A stretch of DNA of 64,000 bases from an uncultured Acidimicrobiales bacterium (GTDB lineage: Bacteria; Actinomycetota; Acidimicrobiia; Acidimicrobiales; DATKAS01): the NCBI GenBank assembly GCA_963726495.1, contig CAVSCP010000009.1, positions 157,112-221,111 on the forward strand. The letters run 5' to 3'. A model generated the notes under the pieces. That model was not told the DNA's origin. It was given only the letters and a program-made list of their open reading frames with translations, and did no database searches. Position numbers and translations under genes: made by a program. Below, in pieces: positions 34,007 to 46,077 of the stretch (its first letter is position 1; the number at the start of each line of letters is the position of its first letter).

Positions 34007-34164
34007 GGGCGCCTCCTGTCAACAGGGCGCCCGACAATGCCACACGAGTGGGGGGTCGGGCTCAGGGCAGGCACGGCCTGGACACGCATGCCTCGGACCG
34101 TAGAAGCGTGGGGCGCAGACGCCATCCGCCAATGGGGATGACGGCGCCTGATGCGCGAAGCGAG

Positions 34165-34725
34165 CTACGCGGGCTTGGCGACGTCCGGGCCGAGCACGAC
34201 GAGCACTTGCGCGCCTTGGATGTCAGCGATCGGCGGTGGCGTCGGCATCGGCTGCACCGAAGCCGCAGGCGCGCCGAGTGCCGCAGCGACTCCCTGGGCC
34301 TCGGCTTGGTAGCCCTCGGTGTAGTACACGGTCGTCGTCTGGACCCGGTTGGGTGAATTCCCGGCGACCGCGACGTAGCCGAGCGGGGTGAGCGTCTCGA
34401 CGGCCTTGCCCGCCGCGCCCTGGATGCCGGCTCCGTTGGCCACGAACACCTTCACCTGGTTGGCCGGACGGGTCGACGGTGTGGTGGCCGCGGTGCTCTC
34501 GGTGCTGCCTCCCGCCGCCGTCGTGTTCGTCGAGACCGAGGTGACCGCGCCGCCCGCCGACGTCGTGGGCGGAGACGAAGAGCCGCCTCCACTGTCGAAG
34601 CCGTTGCGCAGGATCAAGACGCCGACCAAGACGGCGACCGCGATGAGCAGGATGCCGCGACCTGCTGCGCCGCCCGCGGACTTGGCGAACGACCCGTCAG
34701 ACGCGGCGTGACGGCGTTGGCTCAC
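34165..34725 (-). CDS. LytR C-terminal domain membrane protein
   Basis: One TM helix, Ser/Thr linker, V.VANGAGIQGAA, TTVYY, VLVVLGPD. Confidence 0.8.
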   Translation of the reverse strand: MSQRRHAASDGSFAKSAGGAAGRGILLIAVAVLVGVLILRNGFDSGGGSSSPPTTSAGGAVTSVSTNTTAAGGSTESTAATTPSTRPANQVKVFVANGAGIQGAAGKAVETLTPLGYVAVAGNSPNRVQTTTVYYTEGYQAEAQGVAAALGAPAASVQPMPTPPPIADIQGAQVLVVLGPDVAKPA

Positions 34726-34982
34726 CGGCCCGGGGGCTCGGAGACCGAGGGCCCCTCGAAGCGTGCACGACGTCGCCGGTCGCGCATGCGGCGGAGACGC
34801 CGGATGACCAACGGGTCGTACTCGAGGGCGTCGTCGGAGTCGACCAGCTCGCCGAGGAGCTGGTAGTAGCGGGTGGCTGACAGGTCGAAGCGCTCACGGA
34901 TCGCGAGCTCCTTCGGGCCCGGCTCGGCCCACCAGCTGCGCTCGAACTCGAGGATCGCGCGTTCCCGTTCGGTCAGCGTCAT
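34722..34982 (-). CDS. DUF3263 domain protein
   Basis: LTERERAILEFERSWW...KE.AIR.RFDLSATRYYQ.L..L.D...AL..DP..IRRLRR. Confidence 0.9.
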   Translation of the reverse strand: MTLTERERAILEFERSWWAEPGPKELAIRERFDLSATRYYQLLGELVDSDDALEYDPLVIRRLRRMRDRRRRARFEGPSVSEPPGR

Positions 34983-35076
34983 CGCGGGCAGCCTTGTCGG
35001 CCACCCCACGCGAATCAAGCATCCTCGGCCCGGGGGGCGACTTGGCGCCCGTTCTGACCAGGCAGAATCGGAGGAC

Positions 35077-35148
35077 GCCCGAGTAGCTCAGAGGCAGAGC
35101 AGGCGCCTTGTAAGCGTCAGGTCGTGGGTTCGATTCCCACCTCGGGCT
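35077..35148 (+). tRNA. tRNA-Thr(UGU), CCA not encoded
   Basis: Cloverleaf: GCCCGAG/CTCGGGC acceptor stem, GCTC/GAGC D arm, anticodon loop CTTGTAA, GTGGG-TTCGATT-CCCAC T arm. Confidence 0.95.
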
Positions 35149-35152
35149 CGCG

Positions 35153-35619
35153 TCACCCCGCGGACACGATGCGCGCCGTTGCGTTTGCGAGGAGCCGTCC
35201 GACTTCCTGCCTCGTCTGATCGACGGAAACGACGACGATGCCGGCTTGGCGGGCTTCGAGCAGATCTCCCATGCGATGCAGCTCGGACCTCGGGACGTTC
35301 TGCCAGAAGTGGGCTGCGATGCGCAGCGACGGCGACCCAGCTCTCTCGGTTGACGATCACGGACGACAAGAATCGGAGACCGAGCGGCGCGGCGAGCACG
35401 ATCAGCGCCGCGCCGAGCAGGTGACCTCCCCAGCTCGAATCGGGCGCCGCGGAGTGATGGCGATCCATCGTCAGCGAGCCGTCAGCGCCCTTCTCGACGA
35501 TCGCTGCCGTCACCTGGCCGAGCGGCGGCCTTGCACGCGCGCACATCGGCGAAGTCCCGCTCGGCGGCACTCTTCGACGCGTAGCTGGCGACGGCCATGA
35601 TGAGGCGGTGATCGTCCAC
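35153..35619 (-). CDS. DUF1269-like membrane protein (two indels; possibly a pseudogene)
   Basis: Stitched reading MDDHRLIMAVASYASKSAAERDFADV / AAIVEKGADGSLTMDRH...WGG.LLGAALIVL / HFWQNVPRSELHRMGDLLEARQAGIVVV. Confidence 0.55.
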
Positions 35620-35662
35620 GGGCTCTCCGGGACCATCGTTCGACTCGCGGTCGGCATTCCTT

Positions 35663-35679
35663 TCATCCACACCGGGTGA
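35663..35679. promoter_or_regulatory. Inverted MalT-box-like palindrome
   Basis: TCATCC-acacc-GGGTGA in the divergent intergenic region of the MalT-like gene. Confidence 0.5.
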
Positions 35680-35705
35680 ACCGGAGGGCGAGGTAGGTTC
35701 GTGCG

Positions 35706-37998
35706 GTGAGGCCCGAGCCCGGCGACCAGCGCCGCCGAGCGCGCAGACGCCTCGGCTCGTTTCCGGTGGGCTTCGACCTCGATGAGTCCAAGCTGTTGGT
35801 GCCACAGGTGCGCCCTGGGGTCGTCGCCAGGCGGTCGCTCCTCGATGCGCTGTCGGGACCAGATCCGATCCCGCTGATCGCCGTGGTGGCGCCAGCCGGG
35901 TATGGCAAGACGACGCTGCTGGCGGAGTTCGCGAGTCTGAAGTCGAGCCGGGTGGCTTGGGTGTCTGTCGATGATCGAGACAACGACCCGGCCGTGCTCT
36001 TCACCTACCTCGCAGTCGCGCTCGACGGGGTGGAGCGCGTCGAGCCGAAGGTGTTCCGATCGATCGCGGCTCGAGGAGTCGGCGTCGCCGATGTGGTTCG
36101 GCTGGTCTCGGCGATCGCGCGGATGTCTGAACCCGTGATCGTGGTGCTCGACAACGCCGAGCTGCTGAGCAACGCGGAGTGCCACGACATGATTGCCGAG
36201 CTCTCGCTCCGGCTTCCCCCGGGCTCCCAGCTGGCTGTCGGCTCGCGTCGGCCGGTGCCTGTACCCGTCCCGCGTCTTCGCTCGCAGCGAGGCATCGTCG
36301 AGGTCGGCCGAGACGATCTGGCGATGGATGCCACGCAAGCGCGCGCACTGCTCGACGGTGCCGGGGTTCACCTCTCGGATGTCGATGTCGAGCGGCTCGT
36401 CGCCCGAACCGAGGGCTGGCCCACTGGGCTCTACCTGGCAGCGCTGGCGATGAACGCCGGCAGCCCCCACCTCGTGGCGGCCTCGACCTTCAGCGGGACC
36501 GACCGCTTCGTTGCGGAGTACTTGCGCTCGGAATTCCTGGACCGTGTCTCGAGGTCCGACGTGCTGTTCCTGACGCGCACCTCCATCCTCGACCGGATGT
36601 GCGGTCCGCTGTGTGACGAGACTGTCGGGCGGACGGGGTCGAGCCGAGTCCTCCAACGGCTGGAACAGCGAAACCTGCTCGTCATCCCGATGGATCGCGA
36701 CAGCGAGTGGTACCGGTACCACCACCTCTTCGGGGAGCTCCTCCATGCGGAGCTGATGCGGCGGGAACCAGAGATGGTCCGCGAGCTTCATCTCCGGGCG
36801 GCGTCGTGGTACGAGGCGAACAACCTGCCGGAGGCAGCGGTCGAGCATGCGCAACGCGCCGCGGATGCTGATCTCGCTGCTCGACTCGTCCTGACCCTCG
36901 CGAATCCAGTCTGGGCGAGTGGCCGTCTCGACACGGTGCTGCGATGGATGCAGTGGTTCGCCGACAACGAGCTCATGGAGCAACAGCCCGCTGTCGCGGT
37001 GCACGGTGCCTTGTTGCTCGCTCTCGCCGGCAACGCCCCCGCTGCGGAGCGGTGGGCAGACGCCGCACAGCACACGACGCGGACGGGAACGCTCTCCGAC
37101 GGGAACACCATGGAAGGCACGCTCGCCTACCTGCGGACGCTGATCTGCCGAGACGGCCTCGAGGAGATGCGACGCGACGCGGCAGACCGCGCTCCAGGGA
37201 CTCAGCCCGACAAGTCCGTATCGACCCGCGATGCTGCACGCCGAGGGCGCCGCTCACCTCCTCGGCGGTGACGCAGACCTTGCGGATGGCTGTTTTGTGC
37301 AAGCCGTGGAGGAAGCCGCCAGCACCGGCGCTACTCCGTTCATTCCTCTGCTCTTGGCCGAGCGCGGCATTGTCGCGATCGACCGCGGCGATTGGTCGTC
37401 CGCGGAGACGCTCGCGTCACGAGCACTCGAGATCGTGCAGCCCGAGTTCGACAACTACTGGACGAACGCCCTCCCCTATGCCTGGGCTGCCCGTGTGGCG
37501 GCGCACGGAACCGATCTGACGTCCGCGCGTGAGCTCGCGGCCCGAGCAGCCCGACTCCGCCCACTCCTCACCTACGCACTTCCCGTCGTGTCGGCTCAAG
37601 CCCTGCTCGAGCTGGCGCATGCCTACTCCGCGGTCGGCGACCCGGGGGGCGCCCGCGCCGCGCTGCGCCAGATGCACGACATCCTCCAACGCCGCCCGTG
37701 GCTCGGCACTCTGGCGCGGCAAGCAGCGGAGCTGAGCACCGAGCTCGAGCGATCGCGCGCCGACTCGTTCGGAATTTCGTCGCTCACCACGGCCGAGCTT
37801 CGACTCCTGCCGCTGTTGCCGACTCATCTCACTCTCGCCGAGATCAGTGAGCGGCTGCTGGTGTCGCGGAACACCGTCAAGACACAGGCGATCTCGATCT
37901 ACCACAAGCTCGGAGTGTCCAGCCGTAGCCAGACGGTTGCGCGGATGTACGACCTGGGCTTGGCCGTGCAGCCCGAGACGCCTCGACTCAGGCGGTAG
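35706..37998 (+). CDS. MalT-like STAND ATPase/LuxR transcriptional regulator (indel near 37190)
   Basis: SKL.VP, APAGYGKTTLL, WVSVD..DND, RTEGWP.GL, WYRYHHLF, C-terminal HTH LTTAELRLL..L...LT..EI...L.VS.NTVKTQ..SIY.KLGVSSR. Confidence 0.9.
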
Positions 37999-38020
37999 GA
38001 CGGCTCGCGGTTGGCTCCGG

Positions 38021-40000
38021 TCAGCCGACGGGCACCGCGATGCGAGCGCCCGCGGCAGCAGTGCGAACGCCGCGAGGTAGAGCACCCCAGCGAGCACGAG
38101 CAGCGCCGGATAGCCGATGACGAGCGCCGTGTACTCGAGGCATCCGCCGACCATGGCGCCGAGCAGGTTCGCGCCGAAGGCCGTCGTCGCGTCCGCCGTG
38201 TCGGCGAATCGCTTCGAGAACACGATGTTCGCGAAAAGATCGGGAGGAAGGCCAGTGCGGGTGCGACCACGAGCCGCACGGGCAGGTCGAGGTCGAGCAG
38301 CCAGCCATTCGGCACGAGGTACGAGAGGAGCAGGCTCGCCGCCAGCAGGGCGTACATCGTCCGCAGCGAGGGGGTGCGGAAGCGCCGCGTCACCTCCACA
38401 GCCGCGAGGACGGCGACGAGCACCCCGGTGAAGACGATCGAGTTGACCACCCACGTGGTGCCGAAGAGCAGCGCGAACCCAGCCACCGATTTGGTCTCGA
38501 GCAGCAAGAACGCCGCCCCAAGGAAGAAGAGGTCGGCATAGGGCCGCATGCGCCGCAACGGTCCGGCCACGACACGCACCGCGGCCAGGCTGACCAGCAG
38601 GATCATCGCGATCGCGTAGAGGTAGATCGACGGGATGCCCCGGTCCTTCAGGTAGAGGAATGGGTGGTTGTCGGTGACCGGCGCAGGGCCGGCGAGCTCG
38701 GCGCGAGTGCGAGCCTCGGCACCGGTGCCGCACGTCTGGTCCTGCTGGGTGAGGCCGCTGACGATGACCGCGCGCACTTCGCTCAGCAGGTCGATGCACG
38801 GGTCGTGACCGAACGCGGCGGCCGCGGTGTTCGCGAGCCGGCCCACGAGCCAGTCCTGCCGGTAGTAGTTGTACATCGCGAACGCGCCGCCGGGTCGCAG
38901 GTGATCGCGCGCGGCCTTCAGCGACTCCTCCGTGAAGAGGTAGCTCTCGAGCCGCAGCTGGCTGTTGCCCGCGACCAACGTCAACGAATCGGGCAGCGCG
39001 AACACGATGAGGTCATAGGTGTTGTGCGTGCGTTCGAGGTAGGCGCGGCCGTCGTTGATGTGCACGTCGACCCGTGGGTCGTCGTACGGACGATCAGGGT
39101 TCTTCTGCGTGCCGATCTCGTAGATACGCGGATCGATCTCGACCGCGTCGATGTGCTGGGCGCCCTTGCTGAGCGCGAGCGCGACGTCGGTGCCCGTGCC
39201 CGCGCCGACGATGAGCACGTTCGAGAGCGGGTTGGTGCCGATGCGCTGGTAAGGCACGAGGTACTGCGGGTCGAAGCTCACCTTGTCTTCGGTACGGGTG
39301 ACGCTCTGGTGGGGTACGCCATTGACTTCGACCTGCGTGACATCGCCCGACGTCTCGGTCCGGATCTTGTAGTAGGGCGACCACGACACTCCCGGCGCCA
39401 TGCACTCGAGGAAGAGCACGAAGACGAGCAGCACGGCCGCACCGGTCACGGGCAACGGGGCTTCGGCCCGAACAGCACGACGATCAACGCGGCGACGACG
39501 AGCCCCCACACCACCGACGGCGCCTGCAGGAACGACAGCAACGTGAACGACGAGATGCCCGCGATGCTGCCAATGAGGTCCCAGCGGTAGGCCTCGAGCC
39601 GCGGAAGCTCTTGAAAGCACGAGGCGACGAGCTCGCCCGGGCCTGCGAGGACGAACGCGACCGCGGCGAACAGCAGGGGAAGCGCGAGCCATGCGGGCGG
39701 GCCGCTGGTGTGCAGGCTCGTGAAGAAGACGAGGTCGCTGCTCGCCCGGTCGACGGTGACGGGGAAGCGGAGGACGAGAGTGACGAGCGAGACGAGCGCG
39801 ATCGGGAAGTAGAGGGGCTTGCGCCGCCCTGGGCGCCACCGGAGGAAGCCGATGCCGACTCCGAGAAACGACCCGAGCAACACGAAGTTGCTGAAGTAGC
39901 CCAGGTGGACGACGTTCCCCGCGAGCCATCGGATGAGCGCCAGCTCGAGGAAGAGCATGAGCGCGCTCGACAGAACCAAGCGCACACGCACGTTCATCAC
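38021..40000 (-). CDS. Membrane-fused spermidine synthase-like SAM-dependent transferase (indels near 39450 and 38235)
   Basis: TM-rich N- and C-termini; WSPYYKI, VLIVGAGTGTDV, AVEIDP, DGRAYL, YDLIVF, TDNHPFLY. Confidence 0.8.
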
Positions 40001-40018
40001 ACCATCATCGGCAGCAGA

Positions 40019-42054
<2,036 letters not shown>

Positions 42055-42096
42055 AACCGTCAGCCTGCCATGAGCGAGGGGTAACCTCGCCGGTCG

Positions 42097-42756
42097 ATGG
42101 TCGAGAGCGCCCTCCTCACCGACACCGACTTCTTCCGCGACTTGAGTGAGGAAGACCTCGGCTTTCTGCTCCCGACCTGCACGATCCGCAGCCTCCGGCG
42201 TGGCGATCTGCTGTTCGAAGAGGGCGACGACTGCTCCGAGCTGTTCGTCGTGTCGTCGGGCCTGATCGCGATCTCGAAGAAGTCGATCGACGGACGCGAG
42301 TCGGTCGTGGCGCTCATGGAGCGCGGTGAGCTCTTCGGCGAGATGGGCATGCTCGACGGTCTCGGCCGTTCCGCCGAGGCGCGGGCGCTCGAACCCTCCG
42401 AAGTCGTGGCGATCCCCTACGCGCCGATCCGTCAGCTCTTCGAGGAGCGCCCGGCGCTGCTCTGGGGCACGACTGCGATGCTCGTCGGCCGGCTCCGCGC
42501 GATGGACGAAGCGCTCGCGGATTCGGTCTTCCTCGACGTCACAGGTCGCACGGCCAAGCGGCTGCTCGAGCTCGCGGGAGAGGCGAACGAGTTCTACCTC
42601 CCGGTGACACAGGAAGAGCTCGCCGGCATGGTCGGCGCGTCGCGCGAGCGCGTGAACAAGGCGATCTCGTCGTTCATCCGCCTCGGCTGGCTCGAGCAGT
42701 CAGACCGCCACTACCGCATCGTGAACCGCGAGCGGCTCGCGCAGCGATCTCGTTAG
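42097..42756 (+). CDS. Crp/Fnr family transcriptional regulator
   Basis: LFGEMG..DG..RSA (cNMP pocket); TQEELAGMVGASRERVNKA (HTH). Confidence 0.92.
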   Translation: MVESALLTDTDFFRDLSEEDLGFLLPTCTIRSLRRGDLLFEEGDDCSELFVVSSGLIAISKKSIDGRESVVALMERGELFGEMGMLDGLGRSAEARALEPSEVVAIPYAPIRQLFEERPALLWGTTAMLVGRLRAMDEALADSVFLDVTGRTAKRLLELAGEANEFYLPVTQEELAGMVGASRERVNKAISSFIRLGWLEQSDRHYRIVNRERLAQRSR

Positions 42757-43409
42757 GTCGTCAGGAACGCGATCGCCTTCTGCCACGCGTCGGCGGCGTC
42801 GTCGGGGCGGTGGGCGGGACGGTCGGGATCGTGCACGAACCCGTGCTCGGCGTCGGGGTAGCGCACCACGGTCACCCGCGTGTCGCGCTCGAGCGCGGCG
42901 ACATCCTCCGGCGGCGTGTACGGGTCCTGCTCGCCGATGATCGCCATCGTCGGCGACGCGAGCGGGTTCGCGAGCTTGTCGAGCGGCTCGGCCACGCCGT
43001 AGCCCTTCCATGCGGGCGGGATGCGGATCATCCCGTAGAAGGCGACGACGCGGCGGAAGTGCGAGAGCCCCGCGGCCTTGAGCGAATACATGCCTCCCAT
43101 GCAGAACCCGATCAGGCAGACGTTCGCGTTGCCCGTCGCGTTGCCACCCGCGATGAGGTCGCCGAGCACGCGGTCGTCGTCGAGATTCGGCACCGCGGCG
43201 AAGCGCTCGTCGACGTCGCCCAGCGTGCGACCGGGGAAGGGCTCGACCGCGCACACCGCCCAGCCGTGCTCGGCTGACAGGCGCGCGCAGAGGTCGTCGT
43301 AGAGCGGTCGCAATCCGAAGATGTCGGGCGCGATCACGAGGCCGAGCGAGGCGTCGCCTTCGGGCTTCACGAGCTCGGCCGGCGTCCCCGAGGGAAGCTC
43401 GATGCGCAT
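42753..43409 (-). CDS. Dienelactone hydrolase family protein
   Basis: DIFGL, GFCMGG, AFYG, D, HGF catalytic pattern. Confidence 0.9.
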   Translation of the reverse strand: MRIELPSGTPAELVKPEGDASLGLVIAPDIFGLRPLYDDLCARLSAEHGWAVCAVEPFPGRTLGDVDERFAAVPNLDDDRVLGDLIAGGNATGNANVCLIGFCMGGMYSLKAAGLSHFRRVVAFYGMIRIPPAWKGYGVAEPLDKLANPLASPTMAIIGEQDPYTPPEDVAALERDTRVTVVRYPDAEHGFVHDPDRPAHRPDDAADAWQKAIAFLTT

Positions 43410-43430
43410 GAGGTCTCGATCTCCTTCGCG

Positions 43431-44507
43431 TCAGGAGTAACGGTCGAGGATGCTGCTCTCGGCGAGGCGGGACAGGCCGTCCTTGATCGCCCGCGCCCGC
43501 GCGGTGCCGACGCCTTCGACGTCGACGAGGTCGTCGATCGTCGCCCGCATGATCTTGTGGAGCGTGCCGAACCGCTCGACCACGCTCTCGATCACCGGGT
43601 CGGGCAGACGCGGGATCTTGCTGAGCAGTCGGTAGCCCTTCGGTTGCACTGCACCATCGAGGTCGGCCGCGGCCCCCTCGGGATGCACTGCCGCCGCCGC
43701 GACTGCTCTCAGGTCGACGAGCTCGTCGGTGTCGAGCGCGCCGAGCGCATTCATGAGGTACTCGATCGAGCGCGCGTCGCCGTCGGCGAAGTAGTCGCGC
43801 ACGACGAGGCGCCCGTCGTCTTCGATGCCACCGAGCTGCTCGTCGAGCTGCAGCCGCACGAGTCGACCGTCGACGCCGAGCTCGACGATGTAGCCCGCGA
43901 TCTCGTCGGCGATGCGCATGACCATCTCGGTGCGCTGCAGGACCGACAGCACGTCGCGCAACGTCACGAGGTCTTCGACCTCGAGCGCGGACAGCGCACC
44001 CGACACGGCGTCGAGCCTCGTCTTGTACCGCTCGACCGCCTGTTGCGCCTGGTTCGCGCGGTTGAGCAGCCGAGGGATCTCTTCGAGCGGATGCTTCTCG
44101 CTGCGCATGTAGACCGCGATGATCGACAGATCCTCGGACACCGAGATCACCGGGATGCCGATCGAGCGCGCGACACGCTCGGCAGTGCGGTGCCGGGTGC
44201 CGGTCTCGGACGTCGGCACGTTCGGGTCGGGCACGAGGTGCACGTTCGCCCGAGCGATGCGGCTCGCGTCGGACGCCAAGATGATGGCGCCGTCCATCTT
44301 CGCCAGCTCTGACAGACGCTGAGGGCTGAATGCGGCGTCGAGCAGGAAGCCACCCGAGCAGATGTTGAGCACCTCGGGACCGTCGCCCACGACGATCAGC
44401 GCGCCCATCTTCGCCTTCAGGACGCGATCGAGTCCCTCACGAAGGGCGGTGCCAGGCGCGACAGCCCGAAGGGCCTGCACCAGGTCGGGGCTGCGACGAG
44501 GCACCAC
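43431..44507 (-). CDS. disA: DNA integrity scanning diadenylate cyclase DisA
   Basis: APGT.LREGL, ELAKMDGA, ETGTRHRTAER, C-terminal HhH. Confidence 0.96.
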   Translation of the reverse strand: MVPRRSPDLVQALRAVAPGTALREGLDRVLKAKMGALIVVGDGPEVLNICSGGFLLDAAFSPQRLSELAKMDGAIILASDASRIARANVHLVPDPNVPTSETGTRHRTAERVARSIGIPVISVSEDLSIIAVYMRSEKHPLEEIPRLLNRANQAQQAVERYKTRLDAVSGALSALEVEDLVTLRDVLSVLQRTEMVMRIADEIAGYIVELGVDGRLVRLQLDEQLGGIEDDGRLVVRDYFADGDARSIEYLMNALGALDTDELVDLRAVAAAAVHPEGAAADLDGAVQPKGYRLLSKIPRLPDPVIESVVERFGTLHKIMRATIDDLVDVEGVGTARARAIKDGLSRLAESSILDRYS

Positions 44508-44540
44508 GGCGCGATCGTAGTTGCGGTGACGGACGCGTCG

Positions 44541-45914
44541 TCACCAAGCGGCGGCCTCGACGTCACCGCGCACTCCGACGAGGTCGAGCGCGTCGGCGAG
44601 CGTCGCGGCGCGCAACAGCACGGGGGCCTCGACCGACGCCGGCGCGGACTGCGGCACGACGAGCTGTTCGAAGCCGAGTCGCCGCGCCTCGGCCACGCGC
44701 CGTGGTGTCTGCGCGACTTGGCGGAGCTCGCCGGCGAGACCGACTTCACCGAGAGCGACGAGATCGGGCGGCAGCGCGTGCCCCGACACGGCCGACACGA
44801 GTGCGAGCGCGATGCCGAGATCTGAGCCCGGCTCGGTCACCCGCACGCCACCCACCACCGAGACGTAGACATCGAGGCCCGCGAGGCTGACCCCGACTCG
44901 CTGCTCGAGCACCGCGACCAAGAACGCCAGCCTGCCGGGGTCGACGCCCTGCGCCGAGCGGCGAGGACCGCCGGGGCCCGCGGACGCCACCAACGCCTGC
45001 ACCTCGACGAGCAGCGGACGGTTGCCGTCGACGGTCGGCACGACGATCGAACCGGCGACACCAGACCGCCGATCCGCGAGGAACAGCGCGCTCGGGTCGG
45101 GCACGCCGATCAGGCCCTGCTCCCCCATCTCGAACAGGCCGAGCTCGTCGGTCGAGCCGAAGCGATGCTTCAGCGCGCGCAAGAGCCGCAACGCGTGGTG
45201 CCGATCGCCGCCGAACGAGAGCACCGTGTCGACCGCGTGCTCGAGCACGCGCGGGCCGGCGATCTCGTTCTCCTTCGTGACGTGGCCGACGAGCACAGTC
45301 GCGGTCTGGCGGCGCTTCGTCGCCTCGATGAGCTGCTGCGCGCAGCCGCGCACCTGGTTCACCGTGCCGGGCGTGGTGCCGAGCTCGGAGTCGTGCATCG
45401 TCTGCACGGAGTCGACGACCACGAAGTCGGGATCGACCGAGTCGATCAACGCGACGATGCCCTTGACGTCGCTCTCGGCCGAGAACCACAGCCCGTCGAC
45501 CAGCGCGTCGACGCGTGCAGCGCGGCCCTGCACCTGCGCGGCCGACTCCTCTCCCGACATGTAGAGGCACCGCGCACCGCTGCGCGCGACCGAGGCCGCG
45601 GCCTGCAACAGCAACGTGGACTTGCCGACGCCCGGCTCGCCGCCGACGAGCGTCACCGAGCCAGCGACGAGCCCTCCGCCCAGCACACGGTCGAGCTCGC
45701 TGACGCCGGTCGGCCGCGGCTTCCATTGCGTCGGGTCGACCTGCGTGATCGGCAACGGCGCCTCGACGGCGAAGGCGGCCGCGGCGGCCGCTCGCACGGG
45801 CTCGGCCTCTTCGACCAGCGTGTTCCACTCGCCGCACCCGGGGCACCGCCCCGCCCATTGGTGGGCGTGCGTGCCGCAGTCGGTGCACGAGAAGACGGTG
45901 CGTTGGCGAGCCAT
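44541..45914 (-). CDS. radA: DNA repair protein RadA/Sms
   Basis: C4 zinc finger, GEPGVGKST, DSVQT, GHVTK, KHRFG, GEVGLAGE. Confidence 0.96.
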   Translation of the reverse strand: MARQRTVFSCTDCGTHAHQWAGRCPGCGEWNTLVEEAEPVRAAAAAAFAVEAPLPITQVDPTQWKPRPTGVSELDRVLGGGLVAGSVTLVGGEPGVGKSTLLLQAAASVARSGARCLYMSGEESAAQVQGRAARVDALVDGLWFSAESDVKGIVALIDSVDPDFVVVDSVQTMHDSELGTTPGTVNQVRGCAQQLIEATKRRQTATVLVGHVTKENEIAGPRVLEHAVDTVLSFGGDRHHALRLLRALKHRFGSTDELGLFEMGEQGLIGVPDPSALFLADRRSGVAGSIVVPTVDGNRPLLVEVQALVASAGPGGPRRSAQGVDPGRLAFLVAVLEQRVGVSLAGLDVYVSVVGGVRVTEPGSDLGIALALVSAVSGHALPPDLVALGEVGLAGELRQVAQTPRRVAEARRLGFEQLVVPQSAPASVEAPVLLRAATLADALDLVGVRGDVEAAAW

Positions 45915-45921
45915 GTCCGCG

Positions 45922-45943
45922 ACGGTACGAGGGGGGTGGGACA
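45922..45943 (-). promoter_or_regulatory. PafBC/RecA-NDp-type DNA-damage promoter of radA
   Basis: Minus strand TGTC-N12-TACCGT, 7 nt before the ATG (leaderless spacing). Confidence 0.7.
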
Positions 45944-46077
45944 TTCCCGGGGATGTCGGCGAGGCGGCGCGGGCATCTGACGACGCTCGAAGGGACTCAG
46001 GTCCAAGTCCCGATCGGTGGCGGATCGCCGCCGACTCAGCCGAGCACGTCCCGAGAGGGCGGCGAGGAACGCTGCGG

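Noticed and set aside
35077-35148. tRNA-Sec to match the selenoprotein
   Set aside because: The anticodon is UGU with a short variable loop and 7-bp acceptor stem, so it is an ordinary tRNA-Thr.
35149-38010. Integrative island at tRNA-Thr
   Set aside because: No integrase and only an 8-bp match (GGCTCGCG) to the tRNA end near 38002. The two genes may be accessory, but an element is not supported.
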